Shown here piece by piece: positions 28,656-38,414 of a DNA stretch of 64,000 nt (its first letter is position 1; every line of letters begins with the position of its first letter). Origin of the DNA: Methanobacteriota archaeon (GTDB lineage: Archaea > Thermoplasmatota > Thermoplasmata > SG8-5 > JAGLSY01); assembly GCA_020696385.1 (NCBI GenBank), contig JAEHCQ010000004.1, positions 160,001-224,000 of the forward strand, written 5' to 3'. Made by a program: the position numbers and the translations under genes. The notes beneath the pieces were generated by a model. The model saw nothing but the letters and a program-made list of their open reading frames with translations. It had not been told where the DNA came from and did no database searches.

Positions 28656-29413
28656 TGACACAGGTAAGAATAAGAACATCATCTGACAGACCCGACACCA
28701 GGGATCCCGGATTTACCACTGGTGTATCTGGATTGATCAAGCTTGTTGTGAAACCAATGGGAGTTTCTATGAAGCAATTCTTGAAAAGCTTCAAGCGCCC
28801 AACCACCCTGATGTATCCGAAGGAAAAGCCAGATGCTCAGGTGGAACTGAAACCTGAGCACAGATTCGGTGTCGAGGGGTGCTGGGAATTCTTCAGAGGC
28901 TGTCATGGCCTGGATGAAGACCTGTGTGTGAGCTGCGGGCTCTGTGAAAGGATATGCCCCAATAATTGTATCACACTGGTCGAGTACGAGGGAAGGAAGC
29001 TTCCACAGGTGGATCAGAGCCGTTGTATGTTCTGCACCCTGTGTGTGGAGATCTGTCCGAAGGACGCACTCGGAATGACCCATGAATTTGATATTTCAGG
29101 ATTCACAAGGGAAGAGCTTCTATCAACCACTGCGGACCTAATCGCCAGGAAGGGCACAATGGCTAGACCGATCCTACCTGCGAAGATCATCGCATTTCCG
29201 GCCATAGACTTGGAAGGATGTATCGGTTGCGCGAAGTGCGCGAAGGAATGTCCACCAGGAGCCTTGGAGATGTATGAACCCGAGGGCCAGGTAGTGGCAG
29301 AGGGCAAGAAACCAAAGAAGAAACCAAGGCTCAACATAGCGATATGCGTTTCATGTGGTATTTGTGAATCGCAATGTCCAAAAGACGTTATAGAGATGAA
29401 GGAGGGAAATTGA
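28655..29413 (+). CDS. nuoI: Complex I-like subunit I with an extra C-terminal 2x[4Fe-4S] domain
   Basis: Four CxxCxxCxxxCP motifs; TLMYP...FRG N-terminal part. Confidence 0.85.
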   Translation: MTQVRIRTSSDRPDTRDPGFTTGVSGLIKLVVKPMGVSMKQFLKSFKRPTTLMYPKEKPDAQVELKPEHRFGVEGCWEFFRGCHGLDEDLCVSCGLCERICPNNCITLVEYEGRKLPQVDQSRCMFCTLCVEICPKDALGMTHEFDISGFTREELLSTTADLIARKGTMARPILPAKIIAFPAIDLEGCIGCAKCAKECPPGALEMYEPEGQVVAEGKKPKKKPRLNIAICVSCGICESQCPKDVIEMKEGN

Positions 29414-29685
29414 TGATAGACTTCGAACAATTGGCATTCTTTTCGATAGCGGCCATGATCCTGGTCTCCGCGATCCAGGTTCTGAGATGTAATGAAATAA
29501 TACACAGTGTTATGTGGCTCGGACTGTCCTTCATAGGTATAGCGGGCATATTCATTCTTTTGAATGCTGAATATCTGGCAATAGTCCAGATACTCGTATA
29601 TGCCGGAGCTATAACAATTCTGATACTGTTTGCGGTCATGCTTACAAGGCGTGAGATCATGGAACAGAAGGGGGGAGGCAAATGA
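29413..29685 (+). CDS. nuoJ: Complex I-like subunit J, N-terminal part
   Basis: LLNAEYLAIVQILVYAGAITILILFAVML. Confidence 0.9.
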   Translation: MIDFEQLAFFSIAAMILVSAIQVLRCNEIIHSVMWLGLSFIGIAGIFILLNAEYLAIVQILVYAGAITILILFAVMLTRREIMEQKGGGK

Positions 29686-29912
29686 GCTTCTCCAAATTTA
29701 TGAAGCCGACAGTGGCCATTCTGCTGATCCTCTTCATGCTGTTCATAATCTCCCAAGCTGACTTTGAAGATGATTCTGTTCAGGAATCCGGAATGAACGA
29801 TCTGGGCACTAGTCTGTTCGAGGACAATTACCTACCATTCGTACTTTTATCATTGGTATTGTTCGCGGCCATGATGGGCTCTGTTTTCATAGCAAAGGAG
29901 AGAGACGAATGA
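29682..29912 (+). CDS. Complex I-like subunit J, C-terminal part (split J)
   Basis: LGTSLFEDNYLPFVLLSLVLFAAMMGSVFIA. Confidence 0.85.
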   Translation: MSFSKFMKPTVAILLILFMLFIISQADFEDDSVQESGMNDLGTSLFEDNYLPFVLLSLVLFAAMMGSVFIAKERDE

Positions 29913-30211
29913 TACCTCTTAATTATTATCTGGTACTTTCCGCAATGCTCTTTTGCATTGGGATCTACGGCGTATTGACAAAGAAGAATGCGATCTACGT
30001 GCTGATGTCCATCGAGATCATGTTGAATTCGGTGAATATCAATTTCGTCGCTTTCTCCGCGTACTCTGGAGATGTCACCGGGCAAGTATTCGCCCTATTC
30101 TCCATCGCTCTGGCAGCAGCCGAAGTGGCCATTGGATTGGCCATATTCCTGTTGCTCTACAAGAGGTATGGAACCGTGGAACTGAACAATATTAAATTAC
30201 TGAGGTGGTAA
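29909..30211 (+). CDS. nuoK: Complex I-like subunit K
   Basis: LMSIEIMLN, AAAEVAIGLAI. Confidence 0.95.
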   Translation: MIPLNYYLVLSAMLFCIGIYGVLTKKNAIYVLMSIEIMLNSVNINFVAFSAYSGDVTGQVFALFSIALAAAEVAIGLAIFLLLYKRYGTVELNNIKLLRW

Positions 30212-30212
30212 A

Positions 30213-32165
30213 ATGACATGGGTAGAATTTTCTTACTTGATACCGATCATACCTTTCATCGCCTTCCTAATAGTGGCCTTCTTCGGAAATAAGATGAAGG
30301 AAGGTGGAGCACCGGTAACAATAGCGGCAGTGGCATCCACTTTCGTGCTATCTGTTCTGGTATTATTCGATGTATATCAGAATGGTTCTTATGAGACATC
30401 CATGAACTGGATAGGAGGAACTGGTCTGGAGGTTGGCATATTCATCGACAACCTAACAGCTCTAATGCTCATCGTGGTCACCTTTGTTTCCCTGATGGTA
30501 TCCATATACTCTCTGGGATACATGCATGATGACCCATGCAAGAGGCGTTATTATGCCGAGATAGCTCTTTTCGTGGGCTCCATGCTCGGTCTGATACTGG
30601 CTAACAATTTCCTGTTGATGTTCATCTTCTGGGAACTTGTGGGAGTTTGTTCATATCTCCTTATCGGATTCTGGTATCAGAAGCCGGCAGCGGCGAGTGC
30701 TGCCAAGAAAGCTTTCCTCGTTACCAGGATCGGAGATGTACTTTTCCTAACTGGCATAGCGATGTTGTATGTGAAGTTCGGAACATTGAACTTTGTTGAA
30801 TTGGAACATCTAATGGGGCACGATGTCCAGGGACTTCTGCTTCCAGCACTTCTGCTCTTTGCCGGAGCTGTTGGAAAGAGTGCGCAATTCCCATTGCATG
30901 TTTGGTTACCAAATGCGATGGAGGGTCCGACCACGGTCAGTGCCCTTATACATGCGGCCACGATGGTCAAGGCAGGAATTTATCTGGTTGCTAGATCGTA
31001 TTTCATCCTGGAGCATGTTCCTGATGCTTTCCTCATTATAGCTATAATCGGAGGTATAACAGCTCTCATGGCAGCGACAATGGCGCTTGTCCAGTACGAT
31101 ATTAAAGGCGTGCTGGCGTATTCGACCATAAGCCAGCTGGGTTACATGATGCTGGCTCTTGGAGCTGGAGCTCATGCCTTTGGTTATACCGCTGGTATGT
31201 TCCATCTGATGAACCATGCCTTCTTCAAGGCACTTCTCTTCTTGGCAGCTGGCAGTGTGATACACGCGGTCGGTTCCAATGATATGCGGAAAATGGGTGG
31301 CCTGCATAAGCACATGAAGATCACTTCGATAACCATGCTGATAGGCTCGCTTTCTATAGCGGGATTCCCATTTATGAGTGGTTTCTTCAGCAAGGACGAG
31401 GTACTTTCATCGGTCTGGCACGCGGCAGCTGATAACAATATCTACTATGTACTGTACGCGATGGGAGTGATAACAGCCTTCCTCACAGCCTTCTACATGT
31501 TCAGGCTCTGGTATATGACATTCTCTGGAGAGCAAAGGGACAAGAGCTATCACCCTCACGAGTCACCAAAGACAATGACGATACCATTGATGCTTCTGGC
31601 CATATTGGCCGCAGGAGCAGGTTTCTCCTTCTTCTTTGGATTCCAGGACTTCATTTACTTCGGGCACGCACCGCATGTCACTATCGTTCATATGTTCGAA
31701 ATGTGGCAGACCTGGCTATCAATTGCCGCTGGTCTGGGCGGTATCGGTCTCGCGACCTTGGTTTACTACAAGGGCTCGATATCACCAAGTGTCTTCACCG
31801 CAGGACCTGGCAGAAGAGCCGTACGTCACATGCTGGAAATGAAATATTGGATGGACGAGGTCTACATGGCCATAGCGGAGAAAGGTGTTTATGGCTTTTC
31901 TCTACTGATGGACAAGTTCGACAGAAAGGTCGTGGACGGTGCTATCAATGGTATATCCAGTGGTGGTATTGGTCTGGGTCACGCATCCAATGAATTTGAC
32001 AAAGGTGTTATCGATGGCACTGTCAATGGACTCAGCAAGGCCTCTTTCAAAGGCGGAAAACTACTTTGGAACCTCCAGAGTGGTAGGGTCCAGGATTATG
32101 CATCCGTGATGATATTGGGTGTTTGTGGCTTGATTGTCCTTATGATGTTGACGGGGGTGATCTAG
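30213..32165 (+). CDS. nuoL: Complex I-like antiporter subunit L with lengthened lateral helix
   Basis: WELVGVCSYLLIGFW, KSAQFPLHVWLPNAMEGPT, GFFSKD. Confidence 0.95.
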   Translation: MTWVEFSYLIPIIPFIAFLIVAFFGNKMKEGGAPVTIAAVASTFVLSVLVLFDVYQNGSYETSMNWIGGTGLEVGIFIDNLTALMLIVVTFVSLMVSIYSLGYMHDDPCKRRYYAEIALFVGSMLGLILANNFLLMFIFWELVGVCSYLLIGFWYQKPAAASAAKKAFLVTRIGDVLFLTGIAMLYVKFGTLNFVELEHLMGHDVQGLLLPALLLFAGAVGKSAQFPLHVWLPNAMEGPTTVSALIHAATMVKAGIYLVARSYFILEHVPDAFLIIAIIGGITALMAATMALVQYDIKGVLAYSTISQLGYMMLALGAGAHAFGYTAGMFHLMNHAFFKALLFLAAGSVIHAVGSNDMRKMGGLHKHMKITSITMLIGSLSIAGFPFMSGFFSKDEVLSSVWHAAADNNIYYVLYAMGVITAFLTAFYMFRLWYMTFSGEQRDKSYHPHESPKTMTIPLMLLAILAAGAGFSFFFGFQDFIYFGHAPHVTIVHMFEMWQTWLSIAAGLGGIGLATLVYYKGSISPSVFTAGPGRRAVRHMLEMKYWMDEVYMAIAEKGVYGFSLLMDKFDRKVVDGAINGISSGGIGLGHASNEFDKGVIDGTVNGLSKASFKGGKLLWNLQSGRVQDYASVMILGVCGLIVLMMLTGVI

Positions 32166-33646
32166 TGGCTATCGCAGATCTACCTTTGCTGACCATCACA
32201 CTTCTGATACCAGTTATCGGAACTCTGTTTGTCTTCTTCATGAAGAATGAGGATAATGCCAAGAAGCTGGCTCTCATATTCTCATTGATACCACTTGGAA
32301 TGTCCATCCTAATATGGTCATTGTTCGAGATCGGTGGTGGATACCAGTTTATGGAATCCCATACCTGGATCGAATCCATCGGGATATCATACACCGTGGC
32401 CATCGATGGGCTGAGCTTACCAATGCTCTTCCTCACAACCCTGCTTATACCTCTTTCTATCGTGTTCGCATGGGATACCAAGAAGAGACAGAAAGAGTTC
32501 TTCGGGCTTCTTCTCATGATCGAGGTCGGATTAATAGGTGTTTTCGTATCACTGGACTTCTTCCTGTTCTACATATTCTGGGAACTTGTTCTGATCCCGA
32601 TGTATTTCTTCATCGGCATCTGGGGAGGCCCAAGAAAGCATTATGCAGCCATCAAATTCTTCATATTCACCCATGTTGGCAGTGTGATAATGCTTCTGGC
32701 AATATTCGCACTTTACTTCGAATCTGCCGACATGCTGGGATATGCGACCTTCAATATGATGGATATCGCCACTGTGAGCCCTAATTTCAGCGTGGCTTTC
32801 CAGGGCGCGGCTTTCCTCGCATTGCTCTTTGGCTTTGCAGTGAAGATGCCCGCAGTCCCAGTCCACACTTGGCTTCCCGATGCTCACGTAGAAGCACCAA
32901 CCGCCGGCTCTGTCATTCTAGCCGGTGTGATGCTTAAGATGGGCGGATACGGTCTGTTCAGAGTGGGCATAACCATGCTTCCAGATGGAGCATTGGAGTA
33001 TTACTGGGTAATGGCCGCCCTTGGAGTGGTGGGCATGATCTACGGCGCTCTCATATGTCTCGCGCAGGTTGACCTGAAGAAAATGATCGCTTATTCCAGT
33101 ATCAGTCACATGGGATTCGTCCTGCTGGGCGCATCCACTCTCAATCTGATAGGCGTGGCTGGTGGAATTTACCAGATGTTCAGTCATGGTATTGTAACTG
33201 CTGTTCTTTTCATGATGTGCGGTGTCATCCATCACAAGACTGGAACAAGGGATATTCCAAAGCTGCAAGGCTTGATAACCAAAATGCCTCAAGCATCCTT
33301 CATCCTTATTGTGGGATTCCTTGCATCACTTGGTCTCCCGGGTCTGAATGGTTTCGTCAGCGAGCTCATGGTCTTCGTTGGAGCCTATGAAGCATATTCC
33401 ATCCTCATAGTCGTGCCTTTGATAACACTGGCCATAGGAGCCGCTTACTATATCTGGACAATGCAGAGAATACTCATGGGCGACTTCAATAAAAAGTTGG
33501 GAAATGTCACAGACCTTGAGAAATATGAATTGATACCATTGGCAATACTGGTGGTGTTCATCGTGTTCCTCGGTTTCTATCCAAACCCACTGCTTGATGT
33601 GATCTATCCTGCAGCCGAGGCAGTTCTGGGAGGTGTTGTAATATGA
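32165..33646 (+). CDS. nuoM: Complex I-like antiporter subunit M (copy 1)
   Basis: FWELVLIPMYF, HTWLPDAHVEAPT, AYSSISHMG; GTG start at 32165. Confidence 0.93.
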   Translation: MAIADLPLLTITLLIPVIGTLFVFFMKNEDNAKKLALIFSLIPLGMSILIWSLFEIGGGYQFMESHTWIESIGISYTVAIDGLSLPMLFLTTLLIPLSIVFAWDTKKRQKEFFGLLLMIEVGLIGVFVSLDFFLFYIFWELVLIPMYFFIGIWGGPRKHYAAIKFFIFTHVGSVIMLLAIFALYFESADMLGYATFNMMDIATVSPNFSVAFQGAAFLALLFGFAVKMPAVPVHTWLPDAHVEAPTAGSVILAGVMLKMGGYGLFRVGITMLPDGALEYYWVMAALGVVGMIYGALICLAQVDLKKMIAYSSISHMGFVLLGASTLNLIGVAGGIYQMFSHGIVTAVLFMMCGVIHHKTGTRDIPKLQGLITKMPQASFILIVGFLASLGLPGLNGFVSELMVFVGAYEAYSILIVVPLITLAIGAAYYIWTMQRILMGDFNKKLGNVTDLEKYELIPLAILVVFIVFLGFYPNPLLDVIYPAAEAVLGGVVI

Positions 33647-35088
33647 TACCATATCTATCTTTGATATTACTGATAACACTGTTGGGATCCGTCCTGACAT
33701 ATCTATTGGGCAAGAATGACAAAACTGCCAAGCTGGTAGCCATAATCTTCTCCATCATACCACTGGTCATATCCATCGTGATGTGGGCGACAATGGATTT
33801 CAATCTATTGGACTTCCAGTTCGTGGAGGATATCCCATGGATAAGCCAATTGGGAATATCATACACACTTGGTGTGGATGGATTGAGCTTCCCAATGGTC
33901 CTATTAGCAACAATACTGGTACCACTGGCTCTCATATTCTCTTGGGATGTCAAACACAAGGTGAGGGAGTTCTTCGCTCTGATGCTTATGCTGGAAGTTG
34001 CCATGATCGGTGTGTTCGTATCACTGGACATGTTCCTCTTCTTCATATTCTGGGAAGTTGGGCTTGTTCCAATGTACTTCCTCATATCAGTATGGGGAGG
34101 CCCAAGGAAGAAATACGCTTCTGTCAAGTTCTTCCTTTTCACCCAGGCAGCGAGTATACTTGTTCTGATGGGCATAGTGGCCATATACTTCGAGATCGGC
34201 TCTTTCAGCCTTATCGACGCTCTGGCAAATGCAGGCTCCATGGCAAGGGCGGTTCAGATACCGATATTCCTCGGCTTCCTGATCGGTTTCGGTGCCAAGA
34301 TGCCTATTGTACCATTACACACTTGGCTTCCAGATGCGCATGTTGAAGCTCCAACTGGAGGCAGCGTCATACTGGCGGGTGTCCTTCTGAAGATGGGAGG
34401 ATATGGTTTGATAAGGTTTGGTATTCAACTGATGCCCGAGGCAAGGGAATATTTCATGCCTCTAATGGCCGCCATCGGTGTCATAAGTATGATCTACGGA
34501 GCCATGCTCTGTCTGGCACAAACCGATTTCAAGCGTCTGATAGCGTATTCCAGTGTGAGCCACATGGGTCTTGTTCTTCTTGGTATCGCGACCATGACGA
34601 TGAATGGACTTAGCGGTGCTATCTTCCAGATGTTCGCACATGGTTTGGTATCCGGTGGTCTATTCATGATGGCCGGTGTCCTGCTTCACAAGACAGGTAC
34701 CAGGGATATCAGGGTCCTCCGTGGTCTTGCACCAAAGATACCTCTTACGGCAGTTGCTCTGATCACCCTTTCAATGGCATCACTTGGACTTCCAGGTCTT
34801 GTTAGCTTCATAACAGAGGTTTTCATATTCGTGGGAACCTACGAGGCCTTCGGCCTCTGGGTATTCGTTCCACTGATAGCCGCTGTGCTTACAGCCGCCT
34901 ATTATCTGTGGATGCTCCAGAAGGTTGTTTTCGGACCATACAATAAGAAGTTGGGCGATCATCTACATGACCTGTACAGCTATGAGCTCATACCTTTGGC
35001 AGTATTGATCTTCTTAATAGTGCTATTCGGAATATATCCAGCAGCGGTGATTAACATGATAACAGCCTTTTCAGGAGGGATAGTATGA
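33643..35088 (+). CDS. nuoM: Complex I-like antiporter subunit M (copy 2)
   Basis: FWEVGLVPMYF, HTWLPDAHVEAPT, AYSSVSHMG. Confidence 0.93.
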   Translation: MIPYLSLILLITLLGSVLTYLLGKNDKTAKLVAIIFSIIPLVISIVMWATMDFNLLDFQFVEDIPWISQLGISYTLGVDGLSFPMVLLATILVPLALIFSWDVKHKVREFFALMLMLEVAMIGVFVSLDMFLFFIFWEVGLVPMYFLISVWGGPRKKYASVKFFLFTQAASILVLMGIVAIYFEIGSFSLIDALANAGSMARAVQIPIFLGFLIGFGAKMPIVPLHTWLPDAHVEAPTGGSVILAGVLLKMGGYGLIRFGIQLMPEAREYFMPLMAAIGVISMIYGAMLCLAQTDFKRLIAYSSVSHMGLVLLGIATMTMNGLSGAIFQMFAHGLVSGGLFMMAGVLLHKTGTRDIRVLRGLAPKIPLTAVALITLSMASLGLPGLVSFITEVFIFVGTYEAFGLWVFVPLIAAVLTAAYYLWMLQKVVFGPYNKKLGDHLHDLYSYELIPLAVLIFLIVLFGIYPAAVINMITAFSGGIV

Positions 35089-36554
35089 ATTATCTGATAT
35101 TACTTCCACAGATGATACTCGTGGCTATAGCCATGCTGATACCGGCCATTGACCTTTACGGCAAGGACAAAGCACGTATCTTGCCTTACCTGGCCTCAGG
35201 TGCTTTGGGAATTTCCCTACTGTTCCTGGCAATATTCACAGGCATCATTCCGCTTGAGATATTCGATATCACCATACCCACATCATTGTTCGGTGGAATG
35301 CTGGTCATAGACAGGTTCGCGCTATTCCTTCAATTACTGTTCGGAACGGTCACTCTTTTCGTAGTGATGGCATCATCCACCTACATCAAGAAGAACGAGC
35401 GCAACCAGGGCGAGTATTATTCCCTGCTTCTGATCGCGACAGTCGGTATGATGGTCGTGGCAATGGCCAATGATCTGATAACATTGTTCATCGGTCTTGA
35501 GATCGCCAGTATATCATCATACGCACTTGCGGGCTTCAGAAAGAACGACAAAAAGAGTGCGGAAGCCGCGATGAAATACTTCATCATCGGTGCTCTGTCC
35601 TCGTCTATCGTTCTGTATGGAATATCATTGTTCTATGGATTGACTGGAACAACAGATCTTGCTCAGTTCGGAACTGCATTGTCAAACCTGAACTCAGGCC
35701 AGGATGGTCTGCTTGCAATGGCCACGATATTCCTCATCGCGGGATTCAGCTTCAAGGTCGCAGCAGCTCCATTCCATATGTGGGCTCCAGATGTCTACCA
35801 GGGTGCGCCAACAACCATAACCACCTTCCTGGCCGCAGGGTCGAAGAAGATGGGATTCGCAGCCTTGTTCAAGGTCTTCCTTTTTGGTCTTATCTCATTC
35901 AAGGCCGATTGGGCAATTGCTTTTGGAGTGATGGCAGCTCTTACCATGACAATTGGTAATCTCGCGGCATTGAAGCAACAGGACCTGAAGAGGATGCTCG
36001 CTTACTCGAGTATCGCACAGGCGGGTTACATAATGATGGCTCTGGCAGTTGCCACCCAGTATGCATTGGGCGGCGCATTGTTCCACATACTCACACACGC
36101 CTTCATGAAAACAGGTGCTTTCATAATCGTGGCAATGTTATCCGTCATGCTCATTGGCTCCAGGGTGGAGGATCTACGCGGTCTGAGGATCAAATCTCCG
36201 ATCACGGCTTTCTGTATGGCGATAATGATGTTGTCATTGGCCGGAATTCCGCCTCTGGCAGGTTTCGCCTCCAAGTTCGTGCTGTTCTCCAGTGCGATCG
36301 ATGCTGGCGGCTGGCTTATCTGGCTTGCTGTGATAGCTGTCATAAACAGCGCTATCTCCCTGTACTACTATGCGAGGGTCCTGAAGGAGATGTACGTCCT
36401 GCCAACTGGAAAGAACAAGCCGATAAGGATGAAGGAACCACTGGCGATGTTGATACCTATTGTATTGGCAACGGCAGCCGTGATAATAATCGGTCTGTAC
36501 CCCGCGCCTTTCGTGGATGCGGCAATGGACGCGGCAAGAGCTTTGATTCCATGA
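35085..36554 (+). CDS. nuoN: Complex I-like antiporter subunit N
   Basis: EAAMKYF, FKVAAAPFHMWAPDVYQGAP, KRMLAYSSIA. Confidence 0.95.
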   Translation: MNYLILLPQMILVAIAMLIPAIDLYGKDKARILPYLASGALGISLLFLAIFTGIIPLEIFDITIPTSLFGGMLVIDRFALFLQLLFGTVTLFVVMASSTYIKKNERNQGEYYSLLLIATVGMMVVAMANDLITLFIGLEIASISSYALAGFRKNDKKSAEAAMKYFIIGALSSSIVLYGISLFYGLTGTTDLAQFGTALSNLNSGQDGLLAMATIFLIAGFSFKVAAAPFHMWAPDVYQGAPTTITTFLAAGSKKMGFAALFKVFLFGLISFKADWAIAFGVMAALTMTIGNLAALKQQDLKRMLAYSSIAQAGYIMMALAVATQYALGGALFHILTHAFMKTGAFIIVAMLSVMLIGSRVEDLRGLRIKSPITAFCMAIMMLSLAGIPPLAGFASKFVLFSSAIDAGGWLIWLAVIAVINSAISLYYYARVLKEMYVLPTGKNKPIRMKEPLAMLIPIVLATAAVIIIGLYPAPFVDAAMDAARALIP

Positions 36555-36612
36555 TGATATGGAATCCCTGATGCCATAAAAGAAAACGAGATGAAGCAGG
36601 AAAGCAGTGAAA

Positions 36613-36655
36613 GGGGCATGGTTGAACATGCCCCACTTTTCCCTTTTTAGTTTTT
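36613..36655 (+). terminator. Hairpin and T-rich tract ending the nuo operon
   Basis: GGGGCATG-gttgaa-CATGCCCC followed by ACTTTTCCCTTTTT. Confidence 0.7.
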
Positions 36656-36980
36656 AGATATGGTTATGTTATACATCACTCTCCCACCACCTTGCGGTTC
36701 TCCCATCTCGAATATTATTGAATGAATCACCCCCTATCTTGATTGTGTAAAATTGTGCTCAATTTATTGATAATAATTATCATTATTTTTACAAATTAAT
36801 CATTCATTTATTAACTAATGCTCAATAAAGTTTATATCTCAAAGTTTCTTTACCGCCCTTTATAGCTATACAATATATATTATACAAAAGAATGAAATGA
36901 ATTATATATCGTATATGGCCCAAGTTTGGAATCGCCGTACGTATGAATATCAAACTTGGGATACGGGAGGCACGATATCG

Positions 36981-37535
36981 ATGACAGTTACTGATAAGAA
37001 CAATGTCAAAAGTGATGAGATCATTACCGCGGATCAGCTCGATCTAAATTTCAAGTACGAGGTGGCCGAGGAGATAGGTGGCGAAGGAATTCTACAATGT
37101 TTTCAATGCGGCACCTGCACGGCCACATGTCCAGTTCGTAAATTCGATCCAGACTTCAATGTGAGGAGAGTTATTCGTCTCACATTGCTCGGAGCCAAAG
37201 AGAAGGTCCTTACCAGTGACTTTGTCTGGATGTGTTCCACCTGTTATTCATGTTACGAGCTGTGCCCACAGAATGTCAAGATAACTGATGTCATGACAGC
37301 TCTGAAGAACCTGGCCGTTAAGAATGGCCATGCTCATCCGAATGTCAAGGTCCACATTCCGATCCTGGAAGAGTTCGGTCACCTTGGTGAGATAACTGAA
37401 TTCGAGAACACTATCAGGGAGAAGCACGGTCTCCACGAGATCGTCCAGAACCCAGATAAGGTCAAACTTATCTTCGAGAAGCGCAAGTTGAAGCTCTTCA
37501 TGGAAGGCAAGCTCAAAGATGAAGGAGGTGTGTGA
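36981..37535 (+). CDS. hdrC: Heterodisulfide reductase subunit C
   Basis: CFQCGTCTATCP, WMCSTCYSCYELCP; start refined to ATG 36981 after GGAGG. Confidence 0.92.
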   Translation: MTVTDKNNVKSDEIITADQLDLNFKYEVAEEIGGEGILQCFQCGTCTATCPVRKFDPDFNVRRVIRLTLLGAKEKVLTSDFVWMCSTCYSCYELCPQNVKITDVMTALKNLAVKNGHAHPNVKVHIPILEEFGHLGEITEFENTIREKHGLHEIVQNPDKVKLIFEKRKLKLFMEGKLKDEGGV

Positions 37536-38414
37536 ATGGATTACCTACTCTACACCGGATGTACTGTTCCTTTGAGGGCGGTTGGATATGAAGTGGCTGC
37601 GATCAAGGTCGGAAAGGCATTGGGAGTCAACCTACTCCCAATGGAGGAATTCACCTGCTGCGGCTACCCGATAACATTCCTTGACAATGACAGTTCCATG
37701 GCTCTGGCAGTTCTGAATATCTGCCTTGCTGAGGAGAAGGGATTGAACATCGCGACATTATGCAATTCATGCACCGGTAATTTGACAAAGGCGAATTACC
37801 GGATGAAGACCGAGGAGAAGTTCAGAAACAGGATCAATGAGCTCATCAGCCCGACTGGCCACCAATGGAAAGGAACTATCGAGATCAAACATTTCGCCAG
37901 GATCCTTTACGAGGATGTCGGAGAGGAAAAGATGAAAGCCAGAGTGACAAAAAGCCTGGCCGGCAGCAATATCGCTCCCATGTATGGCTGCCATTATCTG
38001 AAACCTTCCAAGATCTATGATGGCTTTGATCATCCAGATCATCCAAAGTCCATGGAAACACTTATTGAGGCAACAGGCGCGAAACCAGTTGAATATGTTG
38101 AGAAGACCCTTTGTTGCGGAGGTCCAATATTGGCACTTGGAGAGGAGATGCCAATGAACATGTCCCAGCGCATACTGGACGGTATGAAGAGAGAGAAGGC
38201 GGATGTCGCCGTCGTGGTGTGTCCCTTCTGCAATGTGATGATGGGTGAGTATCAATCCACCATCGGTGATAAGGCCGGGACAGAGTATGGAATACCCACT
38301 TTCTACATGCCACAGATAATCGGTCTGGCATTTGGTTTCACACCAAAGGAACTTGGCCTGAAAAAGAAACAGGTCAAGAAAGCATTTGGCGATATTTTAG
38401 AGGAGGTTGAATAA
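37536..38414 (+). CDS. hdrB: Heterodisulfide reductase subunit B (two CCG domains)
   Basis: YTGC, TCCG, LCNSC, YGCH, CCGG, VCPFC. Confidence 0.93.
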   Translation: MDYLLYTGCTVPLRAVGYEVAAIKVGKALGVNLLPMEEFTCCGYPITFLDNDSSMALAVLNICLAEEKGLNIATLCNSCTGNLTKANYRMKTEEKFRNRINELISPTGHQWKGTIEIKHFARILYEDVGEEKMKARVTKSLAGSNIAPMYGCHYLKPSKIYDGFDHPDHPKSMETLIEATGAKPVEYVEKTLCCGGPILALGEEMPMNMSQRILDGMKREKADVAVVVCPFCNVMMGEYQSTIGDKAGTEYGIPTFYMPQIIGLAFGFTPKELGLKKKQVKKAFGDILEEVE

